Virus record (IMG/VR): IMGVR_UViG_2802429224_000004
Location: 31,285 to 95,284 of that record
DNA length: 64,000 nt
Reading direction: 5' to 3' (one strand)
Source of the DNA: a virus
Lineage: Duplodnaviria; Heunggongvirae; Uroviricota; Caudoviricetes
Part shown: one piece after another, positions 1-10,020 of the stretch
How positions within the stretch are numbered: the first letter of the stretch is position 1
Layout of the letters: each line of letters opens with the position of its first letter
Notes under the pieces: generated by a model
What the model was told of the DNA's origin: nothing
Database searches by the model: none
The model's input: the letters and a program-made list of their open reading frames with translations, nothing else
Translations under genes and position numbers: made by a program

Positions 1-1011
1 CAACGACGCGACGCCACCGGCCCCCTTCCCTAACAGGCTAAATAATTTGGACAGCAAGCCGCCCTTCTTTTTCCCAGTGTTTTTGGCTATCTGATCAAGG
101 GCGCTGAGAATCTTGTCATTGCCCTCTTTAATTTCGCTGGTCTGATCCTGAAGTTCCTGAACCGTCCGTTTTTGGGTGTTAACCTGAACGACATCGGCAC
201 TATTTTGCGATTTACGCCTAAAAAAACCTTTTCTACGGCTGTTATCGTCATTGCCACGAATCACATCGGCAATAGACTTTCTGGCACCATTAAGCGATCC
301 ACCAACTTCTTTTGATATCCCGCCAAGCTCCTTCCCTGCGGCCCACAATGGACCAGCAACGGCATAACCTAACGCATCGACGGCACGAGTCTCTGAAGGG
401 TTACCTATGCCTTCAGCTACTTTTGACAGTTTTTTTAATAAACCTGATTCAGCATTTAGACGCTCATCATCCTCTTTGCGCCTGGCCTTTTCAGCACGTT
501 CAGCACGGGCATCTTCCGCTGCGGCCTTACTCCCTGACTTTCCAATAAAACGACCACGCGCATCGCGTTGGTTTTGGCTTTTTTGCGCACCGCCTTTTTG
601 ACCGAACATTTCGCGAGCGTGTTCGGCTGCTTCAGTCCGTTGCGCCTTTACATCTTCTGTTATAGCCTTCTTGCGTCGTTTTTTACCCTTTCGCGTAGTT
701 GATTTGGCCTGCTGTTCCTGTTGAGCAACATCCTCCTGAACTACACGAGAAACGTCCCCTAAATTAAGCCGTTTCATTGCGTCAACAATAGGGTCTACTG
801 ATGGCGCTTTGGCCACAAAGTCAGGCCGGGAATTTTCGATTGTGCGATTTAATGCCGACACGCTGCGAGAGACAGGATCAACAGTAGCAACTCGCCCACC
901 TTTCAAATCTTCAACAGCTTCCCGAATACCAGCAAGCTCTTCCAGCTCTTTTGCGCTGGCGGTTTCAACTGTCCTTATAACATCGTCAATGTTGGCGTTT
1001 TTTCGTTCCAT
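1..1011 (-). CDS. Tape-measure-like tail protein, N-terminal part; gene runs off the left edge of the window
   Basis: Hand translation from rc-ATG at 1009-1011 gives MERKNANIDDVIRTVETASAKELEELAGIREAVEDLK..., verified by hand for 40 codons; frame inferred open to position 1. Not in the ORF track because no stop lies inside the window. Position matches P1 sit by synteny. Confidence 0.5.
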   Translation of the reverse strand, partial: MERKNANIDDVIRTVETASAKELEELAGIREAVEDLKGGRVATVDPVSRSVSALNRTIENSRPDFVAKAPSVDPIVDAMKRLNLGDVSRVVQEDVAQQEQQAKSTTRKGKKRRKKAITEDVKAQRTEAAEHAREMFGQKGGAQKSQNQRDARGRFIGKSGSKAAAEDARAERAEKARRKEDDERLNAESGLLKKLSKVAEGIGNPSETRAVDALGYAVAGPLWAAGKELGGISKEVGGSLNGARKSIADVIRGNDDNSRRKGFFRRKSQNSADVVQVNTQKRTVQELQDQTSEIKEGNDKILSALDQIAKNTGKKKGGLLSKLFSLLGKGAGGVASL

Positions 1012-1092
1012 GATCTTATCGCCTACCGTTTCGGTTTAAGTTTTTCTTCCAGTTTCTCCAACAGGAAAAACGCATAGGATTCAGTAAGCCTT

Positions 1093-1974
1093 TCAGCGTC
1101 CTGAATCGGTATACCCCCATACAAAACCAGGTTGGACACTAAGGTCTGATAGCTTTTCAATCCCCACCTGTGGAATGAAGTCGGTAGCCCGAAAGGGCAC
1201 CCACAGACGGGTATACGCACCCTCTGTGGACTCCTTTTTATCCTGATTTGGGCATTTATGCGGCGGGAGACGAAGACGCATTTCACCTTTATCGATGTAG
1301 CACGGTAAACCATGTTCGAGCTTTTCATGAGCCAGTCGGATGTGTGCCGCCAGCTTCATAAATTCAGTATCAATGGCCATCCGTTTAATCGTTTCATAAC
1401 GACGCTCAGCCTGATCTTCACGAGTACCGCTAACATCGTTATAAAGCTCACACTGATAAGCGAATTCCCAAAAACGCAAATCAACGATCGCTTCTTTGAA
1501 TTCCGCGTCGTCTTCAGGTGGCAATGCTGCACGGCGCATCTCCAGCATTTCCATTGCCCAACCATCAAGCGGCACGATACGCCATTGATAAGGAACTCCC
1601 TCTACAGACACCTCAATATCGTCAATGAAAGGTTCCACTTCCAGGACCTGGATATCTTCAGCCAGAGCATTCATATCGCAATCGTAATAATGCTCTTTAC
1701 CGCAATGTTTACAGGTGTAGGTGAATGTCTCGACCGGTGTTTCACGGGAGCCGGTAAATATCCACCATAACGCGGTAATCCGGTCCTGCGCCGTCCATGT
1801 CAGGGGATCATGTTTCGCGGGTTCAGCCAGCAAGGCTTTTAAATACGCCGTTGTCTGTTGTTCTTGTTCCTCCGGTGTTATCGAGTTGAAACGCATCGCA
1901 TCAGCAATATTTGGCTGACGGAACTGGATCAATTCACTTGGCCGCGATGGTAGCGGAAAAAGGGGTAAAAGCAT
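1093..1974 (-). CDS. Phage morphogenesis protein (P1 pmgB-like by position)
   Basis: 293 aa ORF in the minus-strand tail operon; no recognisable domain. Confidence 0.45.
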   Translation of the reverse strand: MLLPLFPLPSRPSELIQFRQPNIADAMRFNSITPEEQEQQTTAYLKALLAEPAKHDPLTWTAQDRITALWWIFTGSRETPVETFTYTCKHCGKEHYYDCDMNALAEDIQVLEVEPFIDDIEVSVEGVPYQWRIVPLDGWAMEMLEMRRAALPPEDDAEFKEAIVDLRFWEFAYQCELYNDVSGTREDQAERRYETIKRMAIDTEFMKLAAHIRLAHEKLEHGLPCYIDKGEMRLRLPPHKCPNQDKKESTEGAYTRLWVPFRATDFIPQVGIEKLSDLSVQPGFVWGYTDSGR

Positions 1975-1988
1975 CCTTGCTCCTTAAT

Positions 1989-2600
1989 TCAAAGAGAAAA
2001 ACTAAAGCCCAGAAGGGAAGCCAAAGAACTTGAGGATTGGTTAAACGTGCTGTGCAATGCGAAGGTCATTGGGAATGACTTAAATTCCGTAACCTGATCC
2101 CGCGCATAGGTGACATCGCCGGTAGTGACCGGAAATACCGTCATCTCATTTTCCAGTTTGGTTAAGCCGGAAGACAGCAACCGATAAATACGCACATTGA
2201 GCAAATATTTAGATGGTATGTTCCCGGTACCGTCAGGATTGATCACCCGACTTTTTGCCGTCTTAAACCAGTCCAAAACGAGGCCATCAACAGTGTCCCT
2301 GACCATCATTGTTATCTGCCCAGGCGAACGCTCCGTTGGCTGAAGGATATTCCCCCCGCCGATTTTAATCGTTTCATATTCGATGCTGTAATCGTGGTAG
2401 GTAATGTCTTTGGCAAAGAAGTCTGCCCCCTCCAGTCCATCAACTTCGACAGAGAACTGCCATCCTTGCGCGAACAGCATTTTGTTCATGATGATTGACG
2501 TCAGCTTACCAACTTCCCGCTCACCAACGCCGGAGCCAAATAATGTCGTCGTTAATGCCGAAGATACATAAGACTTTACTGAAGCAACATTAAGCCCCAT
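1989..2600 (-). CDS. Tail structural protein, possibly tail tube
   Basis: 203 aa ORF, tightly packed in the tail operon. Confidence 0.4.
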   Translation of the reverse strand: MGLNVASVKSYVSSALTTTLFGSGVGEREVGKLTSIIMNKMLFAQGWQFSVEVDGLEGADFFAKDITYHDYSIEYETIKIGGGNILQPTERSPGQITMMVRDTVDGLVLDWFKTAKSRVINPDGTGNIPSKYLLNVRIYRLLSSGLTKLENEMTVFPVTTGDVTYARDQVTEFKSFPMTFALHSTFNQSSSSLASLLGFSFSL

Positions 2601-2610
2601 ATCAGCCCCC

Positions 2611-3201
<591 letters not shown>

Positions 3202-3220
3202 TTAACCGATTCTACGAGTT

Positions 3221-3236
3221 GTCATTTGTTACCGGT
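3221..3236 (-). promoter_or_regulatory. Candidate late promoter motif (GTCATTTGTT core) about 45 nt upstream of the tail operon
   Basis: Shares a TGAC/GTCA-containing motif with sites upstream of the head, baseplate and pacA operons at similar spacing. Confidence 0.3.
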
Positions 3237-3330
3237 CAGTCTACACATTTCAGATGCTGCGTTAAAAAATTCAAGTACTTCAAGTAGCACATCGTCATCA
3301 ACACCCAGCCCCAAGATACGGTGATAAAAT

Positions 3331-4308
3331 TCAAGCCTTAAGAGGCTTTGTGTATGTTCGTGTAATCCAACCAGTAATAAACTCATCCCCTGATTTAACC
3401 TGCACGTAAAGCCATTGACGATCTTTCTTATCTAAAATAGCAACAATTGTGTTTTTGCCAATGCATTCAATCACTTCACTATTTAAAGAAGGGCTGACAT
3501 GTAATCTTACGTTATCACCAGTTATAAACCTAAAACCATTGAGATCTTCCCACTTAATTTCTGTGTTTTCTTTAATTAATTTTTGTTTTGAAATTGGTGC
3601 ATCCTCATATAGGGATACAGAATATGATTCTGTCTTGTGTATTTGCGATAAGATTTGTTCTTTTGCATAATCAGCAATGGCACCAAGCAACACTTCTGTT
3701 AAAAACCACATAATAATAAACTGAAGCGGGTGAGGGAGCGCCTTAAATGAGTCAATAAACGTCGAACTGGATTTATTTAATCCTTTGTCTTGAACATCAC
3801 TTTCGTTGTGAGATGTTTCAATAGCACCTTCAACATAAGCCTGTGCAATTGATGAAAGACCTTGCTCCATTGTTCTATTAAATAGAGATGTCTTTTTTTC
3901 AATATATTGATTTTCTTGTTTTTTTATAATATCTTTTGTTAAATCATCGTAAGTTATATATTCTCGTAAATTTTTAAGTGTAGCCTCCATACTTTCCAAG
4001 CCAGCTTGTTTATTAAAAACTACTATCTGGCTTTGTAATGACAAAGATTTTTCCGACTGTTTCTGAAAATTTTCAACATACTTACGGAAAAGATGGTTTA
4101 TCTCATTCGTTTTTAGTGATGTGTTAAATTTTTTTTGAAGATAATTATCTAATATTTTTTGAGATGTTTTTTCCAAAACTATATGCAATAGATTTTGTTG
4201 CAAAAAATCAAGCGGGGTAGTAAGACCACCCAAACTCACTGATTTTGCTAAATTACTTAACTCGTTATATTTGGAGCTATTAATACTTGCCATCTTATTC
4301 GCCATCAT
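3331..4308 (-). CDS. Membrane protein with one TM helix and a C-terminal SH3b-like domain; strongly AT-rich
   Basis: 325 aa; hydrophobic segment LQFIIMWFLTEVLLGAIADY; C-terminal stretch ...WLYVQVKSGDEFITGWITRTY looks SH3-like; DNA estimated by eye near 30% GC versus about 47% around it. Confidence 0.55.
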   Translation of the reverse strand: MMANKMASINSSKYNELSNLAKSVSLGGLTTPLDFLQQNLLHIVLEKTSQKILDNYLQKKFNTSLKTNEINHLFRKYVENFQKQSEKSLSLQSQIVVFNKQAGLESMEATLKNLREYITYDDLTKDIIKKQENQYIEKKTSLFNRTMEQGLSSIAQAYVEGAIETSHNESDVQDKGLNKSSSTFIDSFKALPHPLQFIIMWFLTEVLLGAIADYAKEQILSQIHKTESYSVSLYEDAPISKQKLIKENTEIKWEDLNGFRFITGDNVRLHVSPSLNSEVIECIGKNTIVAILDKKDRQWLYVQVKSGDEFITGWITRTYTKPLKA

Positions 4309-4801
4309 ATTGTTTTAAACACCCGTCTTTTTTAGCTTCCTTGTAAATACTTGAAATACCATTAAGAGAGAATGATGTGATTCGACGCGATCCGATATAT
4401 ACATCCATGTTTTTTTCTTTTGTGGCTGACGCTGACTTCCAAAAAGAATACCATTCCCTACGATTTGGAGCAGTGTTTTGCGTACCAATATTAAAGCTAT
4501 CCGGACCAACAATTAAGGTAATTACATCAGCTTTACGAGAAATTGTGTCGCGTGTAGAAAAATCAGCATTCTCTTTCCCTCCACTTACATACAAATTTCT
4601 TCCAGCGATATGATCTTCGGAACCTTCCCTTGCTCCAGCATCACAAGAAAAGTTAATTGTATAACCATCGTCATTGGTTGCAGAGATTTCTCTCCACCCT
4701 TGCTCACCTCCTACCGTCCAAACGGTAGAACCTGCCATTGCTGATAATGGCAGAAAAGAGGACATTAATAAAAAGCTATACAATGACTTATACAATTTCA
4801 T
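4295..4801 (-). CDS. Secreted protein with Sec signal peptide
   Basis: 168 aa; N-terminus MKLYKSLYSFLLMSSFLPLSAMAG; overlaps upstream gene by 14 nt (operon). Confidence 0.5.
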   Translation of the reverse strand: MKLYKSLYSFLLMSSFLPLSAMAGSTVWTVGGEQGWREISATNDDGYTINFSCDAGAREGSEDHIAGRNLYVSGGKENADFSTRDTISRKADVITLIVGPDSFNIGTQNTAPNRREWYSFWKSASATKEKNMDVYIGSRRITSFSLNGISSIYKEAKKDGCLKQYDGE

Positions 4802-4889
4802 ATTTTTATCCTTTTGTTTTTAGATATTATAGGCATAGTCCATATTGTTAGATCCACTATGCCCAGAGAATTTAATATTATTTATTAAA

Positions 4890-5381
4890 TTATGGAGCTA
4901 CACCCGGCCCCCTAGCTCGTTCTTCAAGCGTACCCTGCACGTTTTGATGGCGCATTCCCGGGGCGTTTCTGATTGAATCAATGCCATTTCTTCCAACGTC
5001 TTCTTTATTAACGGCATTGCTCGCCACCAGAACGCCCCAGCTAGGGATAGCAAAATCAGGAGCGGTTTCGCATGCCTTTACCATATAATCGAAAGTGCTT
5101 CGATTGATCTCATTTGCGTCTGGATTTAACAGGCGAGAATATTGATATTTAGCATTTTCGTTGGTTGCGACTTTATACAGTTCTTGCTGCACCATCGCTT
5201 CAGAAAGTTTAAGACGTTTCATGTCTGAAAGTAACTTCTTGCGCATGGATTCGTCTTGGCTGACAGCAAAGCCGTAAACGTGCCCAAGGTATTTCGTGTA
5301 GTCGGTACAAATCGCCTTTACACTTGATGCTGCATTAACAGTCCCAGCCATAAATAATAACGGTAGTAATAGTTTTCTCAT
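4890..5381 (-). CDS. Secreted protein with Sec signal peptide (sim-locus position)
   Basis: 163 aa; N-terminus MRKLLLPLLFMAGTVNAASS. Confidence 0.5.
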   Translation of the reverse strand: MRKLLLPLLFMAGTVNAASSVKAICTDYTKYLGHVYGFAVSQDESMRKKLLSDMKRLKLSEAMVQQELYKVATNENAKYQYSRLLNPDANEINRSTFDYMVKACETAPDFAIPSWGVLVASNAVNKEDVGRNGIDSIRNAPGMRHQNVQGTLEERARGPGVAP

Positions 5382-5477
5382 TATAACCTCACCTGCCTTT
5401 TAACTCATTTAGGGTACATATTTTCGCCTTTAAAAAAAAGAGGTTATTAGATCCAGTTGTGTATTTATTAAACAGTA

Positions 5478-5494
5478 AGTGCTCTAATAAATTT
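5478..5494 (+). promoter_or_regulatory. C1 operator (Op51-like), 16/17 match to ATTGCTCTAATAAATTT
   Basis: AGTGCTCTAATAAATTT upstream of c4-icd-ant; position counted from the 5381 start codon. Confidence 0.6.
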
Positions 5495-5694
5495 GTATTT
5501 TTAAGTCGCGAATGCTATCTTTTCGCATCATATTGACCTTTTAATCGTTCAGGCTTATAGTTCCCGCCGTCGTAGCAAATTCTGCGACCGGGTTTAGCAG
5601 CCTGAATACTTACGCGGACAACCGCAGATTTCCGATATTGCGGTATTTTTGTGTCCGTAAACCACGTTACGCCCGAATTATGGTGGGGCGTGAT

Positions 5695-5770
5695 GGGGAG
5701 GCTTCGGCCTGCTGGTTTCGTAAGTGCCAGTCTGCTAACCCCGTCACGTCCTGCCACCTGTTTAGCAGCG
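5695..5770 (+). ncRNA. c4: c4-like antisense repressor RNA of immI (boundaries approximate)
   Basis: UUCG-capped hairpin (AGGC-TTCG-GCCT); loop sequence CGTAAGT is complementary to ACTTACG found both upstream (about 5600) and at the icd RBS (about 5791). Confidence 0.35.
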
Positions 5771-5807
5771 GGTCGCAGGTTGTTTATCAACTTACGAGGC
5801 CGTAACT

Positions 5808-6029
5808 ATGGTTAATGCCAATCCTTGCGCACGCCCAGAATTCATCTGGCGTTTCTATTCCTGTAAAAAACACCACTATCACTTCGTTATCGCAGCAACA
5901 GAAGACGAAGCACGCTCTCAATTGCCTGACGGCCCCTGCATTTTTACTGCCCGTTTTTCAACTAACTCGCGCAATTCACTTAGTTACTGGAACCTCCCCT
6001 TCTCTGCCGACGTTCAGGGGGGTTTATGA
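5808..6029 (+). CDS. icd: Icd-like cell division inhibitor
   Basis: 73 aa; overlaps ant start (ATGA); paralog of the ORF at 55150. Confidence 0.55.
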   Translation: MVNANPCARPEFIWRFYSCKKHHYHFVIAATEDEARSQLPDGPCIFTARFSTNSRNSLSYWNLPFSADVQGGL

Positions 6030-7072
6030 AAAAACCTCTCGTCACCCGTAATGAAATAGCCGAAGCGATCGCCCTGCATACAACCTGTATGCCGACACGG
6101 GAGATCCCCGGCGCAATTGCCAACTATTTCATGATAACCAGGCGTTTTTATACCCGAACAGATAAGGCTGTGATCAACAGGCTACTGATAGCCGAGATCA
6201 GGGATTATTTGATTAAACAAGGACGTCTACGTTACGCAACGGTGGCAGCAGAAATGAGAAAGGAGGCGCGCAGAATGACCGGTAATAATTTGAATGTTGA
6301 AAAACCAGCACCTGTTGCTTCAGCTACGCCATCACCAACTGTGAATGTTATCTCCAACACTGGAGACACAATCGACAGCCAGACACTGTTAAAGATGGTC
6401 AATGAAGCGCGTAAGTTATGTGGGGAACCAGAGGTTCGGAACAACAAATTCATCGAAAAAATACTCGACGAATTAGAAGGTGAGGACGGTTACACAAAAA
6501 GTGCAACCGTGCCGCCAGGTGGCGGTACGCCTATGGTTGTCATAACCATGACCTACAAACAAGCCCTGCGAGTCGCCGCGCGCGAGTCAAAAGCGGTCCG
6601 CCGTTCGCTGATCGACAAACTGGAAGAATTGCAGCAGGCAAACTCCCCTACCCCATCGATCCCCCAAACATTACCAGAAGCCCTACGCCTGGCTGCCGAG
6701 TTAGCAGAACAGAAAATGCAGTTGGAACAACAGCTGGTGGCCGCAGCCCCTAAAGTCGATTTTGCCGACCGGGTATCAGTGGCCAATGGAATCCTGATCG
6801 GGAACTTTGCAAAGGTCGTTGGACTTAAGCAAAACGCCCTTTTCTCATGGTTGCGCCAGAACGGCATTCTCATGGCTTTTGGAGCGCGCAAAAACGTACC
6901 GCGCCAACAGTACATCAACGCCGGGTATTTCACGGTGAAAGAAGTGGTGCTGGATGATGAAAATGGCTACCAGATACGGCTGACGCCCCAATTAACGGGT
7001 AAAGGCCAGCAGTGGTTAACTCGCAAGCTACTTGATGCTGGTTTGTTAAAACCAGTGGCGTCCTTGTCTTAA
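6026..7072 (+). CDS. ant1: Antirepressor Ant (Ant1/Ant2 type)
   Basis: 348 aa; C-terminal KilA-C/Ant domain (QTLPEALRLAAELAEQK...GKGQQWLTRKLLDAGLL) shared with KilA and the 55368 ORF. Confidence 0.7.
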   Translation: MKKPLVTRNEIAEAIALHTTCMPTREIPGAIANYFMITRRFYTRTDKAVINRLLIAEIRDYLIKQGRLRYATVAAEMRKEARRMTGNNLNVEKPAPVASATPSPTVNVISNTGDTIDSQTLLKMVNEARKLCGEPEVRNNKFIEKILDELEGEDGYTKSATVPPGGGTPMVVITMTYKQALRVAARESKAVRRSLIDKLEELQQANSPTPSIPQTLPEALRLAAELAEQKMQLEQQLVAAAPKVDFADRVSVANGILIGNFAKVVGLKQNALFSWLRQNGILMAFGARKNVPRQQYINAGYFTVKEVVLDDENGYQIRLTPQLTGKGQQWLTRKLLDAGLLKPVASLS

Positions 7073-7480
7073 CGTATTCAGACCAGGATTTGCCATAAAT
7101 TACAGGCATGTGTACGATATGCCCAACCCTGTTTTTCAGGGGAGGCGCAACGTTATGCGGGGGTTATGAACTCCTGGATGCGTAGCCTCCAGACAGAAAA
7201 AACCCTCGCTACAACGTTGCATGGAGGCAACCAGCGAGGGCATTCCTTATGTCTGATCAACAAGAGGATAGCCGCAAGCAGTTGCTGTTGCAAGTGTGCG
7301 GATCTTCGTAATGACTCTTCAAAAAGCTTGCAAGTGGATTGTGACCAACATCATTGTTCCTGTCATCATCGGGGCTTCAAGTTCTGTGTTGGCATCAGTG
7401 ATTGCCTCACTTCTCCACATTGCATAACAACATTGAAGGGCGTTAGTTCGCAGTGTAACAGCAGCGCGTTGCGCCCGAAC

Positions 7481-7517
7481 AGGCCACAGGGTAAAACCTG
7501 TGGCCTTTTTCGTTTTA
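7481..7517 (+). terminator. Rho-independent terminator
   Basis: AGGCCACAGG-GTAAAAC-CCTGTGGCCT followed by TTTTCGTTTT. Confidence 0.6.
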
Positions 7518-7625
7518 GCCAGCCACAAATCCACATTGAAAAACGCCTTATACAAAAAAACCTGCCAGCGAACTGGCAGGTTTCTGAGCAGATCGACCAA
7601 CCCGATCTGGATCGGATTGGAAAAA

Positions 7626-7642
7626 TTTGCTCTAATAAATTT
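7626..7642 (+). promoter_or_regulatory. C1 operator (Op53-like), 16/17
   Basis: TTTGCTCTAATAAATTT, 69 nt upstream of the kilA start. Confidence 0.6.
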
Positions 7643-7711
7643 TGTTTTCTTAGTGCAAAGAATCACCATTTCGAGCTGGTGATTGAAGGTTGATGCAAAC
7701 TTGGAGAAAAA

Positions 7712-8512
7712 ATGCAACAAACATTCAATGCGGATATGAATATATCAAACCTTCATCAAAATGTCGATCCTTCAACCACTCTGCCTGTTATTTGTGGTGT
7801 TGAAATTACGACCGACCGCGCTGGCCGTTACAACCTTAATGCTCTACACAGAGCGAGCGGACTCGGTGCCCATAAAGCGCCAGCTCAATGGCTAAGAACG
7901 CTGTCAGCCAAACAGCTCATCGAAGAGCTTGAAAAAGAAACTATGCAGAATTGCATAGTTTCGTTCGAAGGCCGTGGCGGCGGCACTTTTGCCCATGAAT
8001 TGCTCGCTGTGGAGTACGCAGGCTGTATTTCTCCCGCGTTTCGGCTGAAGGTAAACCAGACATTTATCGACTATCGAGCCGGAAGATTACAACCTGCTAT
8101 TCCGCAGAGTCTCCCTGAAGCTCTCCGTTTGGCTGCCGACCTGGCAGAGCAAAAGCAACGGCAGGAGCAAAAAATGCTTATGGATGCACCTAAAGTCGAA
8201 TTCGCCGAACGCGTTGCTACCGCCAGCGGGGTTCTAATCGGCAACTATGCCAAAGTGCTCGGCCTGGGACAAAACTATCTCTTCACCTGGTTGCGTGATA
8301 ACGGAATTCTGATCGCAACCGGTGAACGCAGGAACGTCCCCAAACAAGAATACATATCCCGTGGGTACTTCACCCTCAAAGAAACCGTGATCGATACAAG
8401 CAACGGAAGCAGGATTTCTTTCACGACTCGTATAACCGGCAAAGGTCAGCAGTGGCTAATGAAGCGATTGCTTGATGCTGGTGTGCTGGTACCTGTCGCG
8501 GCTACGCGCTAA
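7712..8512 (+). CDS. kilA: KilA (KilA-N domain plus Ant-type C-terminal domain)
   Basis: 266 aa, same length as P1 KilA as remembered; N-terminal KilA-N-like region, C-terminal GKGQQWLMKRLLDAGVL. Confidence 0.7.
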   Translation: MQQTFNADMNISNLHQNVDPSTTLPVICGVEITTDRAGRYNLNALHRASGLGAHKAPAQWLRTLSAKQLIEELEKETMQNCIVSFEGRGGGTFAHELLAVEYAGCISPAFRLKVNQTFIDYRAGRLQPAIPQSLPEALRLAADLAEQKQRQEQKMLMDAPKVEFAERVATASGVLIGNYAKVLGLGQNYLFTWLRDNGILIATGERRNVPKQEYISRGYFTLKETVIDTSNGSRISFTTRITGKGQQWLMKRLLDAGVLVPVAATR

Positions 8513-8541
8513 CAGACGTAGTAAGAACCACCAGCATTGTA

Positions 8542-9387
8542 ATGCTGGCTAAAGTCACTTTCCTGAGCTGTATAACGATGAGCGATTTTACTTTTTCTGG
8601 CTATGAATTGGCCTGCTTTGTAACACACTCCGGTCTATCCCGTAGCGCCGGGCATATCCTGTCGCAATGTGCAAATCTTGCGGCAACAACCAGTGAATAC
8701 TTCATTCACAAGCCTCACCGCATGATCGCGGCAGAAACTGGTTATAGCCAATCAACCGTCGTTCGCGCATTCCGTGAAGCTGTAAACAAAGGAATCCTGT
8801 CGGTAGAGATTGTTATCGGCGATCACCGTGAACGCCGCGCTAACCTGTACCGGTTTACACCATCCTTTTTAGCCTTTGCTCAACAAGCCAAAAATGCGCT
8901 AATTGAAAGCAAATTAAAGATCTCTTCAGCCGCAACCAAGGTTAAAGCTGTTCTCGCTAAAGCATTGGCTTTATTTGATTTTTTATCCACACCCCCATGT
9001 CAAAATGATACCCCCTCCCCCTGTCAGGATGACGTGGCAATAAAGAATAAGAAGTCACAATTTAAAAAAACAAAAAGATCAGTTTCCGGCGCTGCCGGAA
9101 CGACCAAACTCAAAAAATTGACTTCATGGATCGCTGGGGCAAAAGCAAAGGCCGACAATCTGCGTTTATCCAAAAAACGCGCTCAAAAACATGAGTTCCA
9201 GCAGAAAGTTGAGGCAGCGGCCCGGAAATATGCTTACCTGAAGAGCAAGCGTTCTCCTGATATTGGCGGGATATCAAACTTCGATAATCTGCCGCATTGC
9301 ATGACGGTAAACGAAGCTCTTAATGCGGTTTTAGCCAAAAATAACGATAACGAACAATGGGGTATACCGGCAGGATTCAGAGGGTGA
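8542..9387 (+). CDS. repL: RepL lytic replication initiator (oriL expected inside)
   Basis: 281 aa immediately after kilA; length and synteny match P1 RepL as remembered. Confidence 0.6.
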   Translation: MLAKVTFLSCITMSDFTFSGYELACFVTHSGLSRSAGHILSQCANLAATTSEYFIHKPHRMIAAETGYSQSTVVRAFREAVNKGILSVEIVIGDHRERRANLYRFTPSFLAFAQQAKNALIESKLKISSAATKVKAVLAKALALFDFLSTPPCQNDTPSPCQDDVAIKNKKSQFKKTKRSVSGAAGTTKLKKLTSWIAGAKAKADNLRLSKKRAQKHEFQQKVEAAARKYAYLKSKRSPDIGGISNFDNLPHCMTVNEALNAVLAKNNDNEQWGIPAGFRG

Positions 9388-9437
9388 TAAATTGCTCTAA
9401 TCTGGGGTCACCTGGCGTTTTCAGTTTGAGGTCGGAG

Positions 9438-9683
9438 ATGCAATCTGATTTTTTACAGTTAGCGATCGCTTTTGCCGTATATGTTTGCATTGGCTTCTGT
9501 GTATGCATGATCAGCCGAAAAATGCTTGTCGATATCGACCGCAAAGAACGAGCAGAGGAAATCTTAGTATGGATTTTCTTTGGCGCGGTCTGGCCATTAG
9601 GGATCATGTTTGCTGCAACGTTTCTTCTGATGTGGATATTCACCCTTCCTGGTGATTTCTATAGAAAAAAAGCCAGACATTGA
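9438..9683 (+). CDS. Small membrane protein, about 2 TM helices
   Basis: Start taken at the internal ATG after GAGGTCGGAG; hydrophobic 81 aa. Confidence 0.35.
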   Translation: MQSDFLQLAIAFAVYVCIGFCVCMISRKMLVDIDRKERAEEILVWIFFGAVWPLGIMFAATFLLMWIFTLPGDFYRKKARH

Positions 9684-9806
9684 TACAATCGCTGCGGGTG
9701 CTTGAGGCTATCTGCTTCAGGCATTACCCGAAAAGCAGATAGAAGAAAGCCCCAGATAACATTACGCGTCCGGCAAGACGCTTAACATTAATCTGAGGCC
9801 ACATCT

Positions 9807-10013
9807 ATGCTTAACATACGTAGATTAGCCTCTTACCGACCAAAAGGTCAAGGAGAAGCAGGCTATGAAGCAGCAAAAGGCGATGTTAATCGCCCTGATC
9901 GTCATCTGTTTAACCGTCATTGTGACGGCACTGGTAACGAGGAAAGACCTCTGCGAGGTACGAATCCGAACCGGACAGACGGAGGTCACTGTCTTCACAG
10001 CCTACGAATCTGA
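9807..10013 (+). CDS. mok-like overlapping reading frame of a hok-family locus
   Basis: 68 aa ORF overlapping the hok-like CDS in another frame. Confidence 0.3.
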   Translation: MLNIRRLASYRPKGQGEAGYEAAKGDVNRPDRHLFNRHCDGTGNEERPLRGTNPNRTDGGHCLHSLRI

Positions 10014-10020
10014 AAGGTAA
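9865..10020 (+). CDS. Hok/Gef-family type I toxin (51 aa)
   Basis: Hand translation: MKQQKAMLIALIVICLTVIVTALVTRKDLCEVRIRTGQTEVTVFTAYESER; a GC hairpin follows at about 10028-10047. Too short for the ORF track. Confidence 0.6.
   Translation: MKQQKAMLIALIVICLTVIVTALVTRKDLCEVRIRTGQTEVTVFTAYESER

Noticed and set aside
312-1039. Plus-strand ORFs 312..548, 407..601 and 809..1039
   Set aside because: They lie inside, and opposite to, the tape-measure-like gene whose minus-strand frame is open from 1011 to the window edge; low-complexity translations.
5515-5790. Minus-strand 91-aa ORF
   Set aside because: It overlaps the c4-like RNA and its target sites between the operator and icd; more likely a chance ORF in a regulatory region.
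7166-7720. ORFs 7166..7693 (+) and 7319..7720 (-) between ant and kilA
   Set aside because: Cys-rich, low-complexity translations that run through two terminator hairpins and the C1 operator; the region looks regulatory. A 38-aa hydrophobic ORF at 7311-7427 was noted but has no convincing RBS.
9391-9407. Weak operator-like half-site at the end of repL
   Set aside because: Only the ATTGCTCTAAT half matches (11/17); kept out of the feature list.
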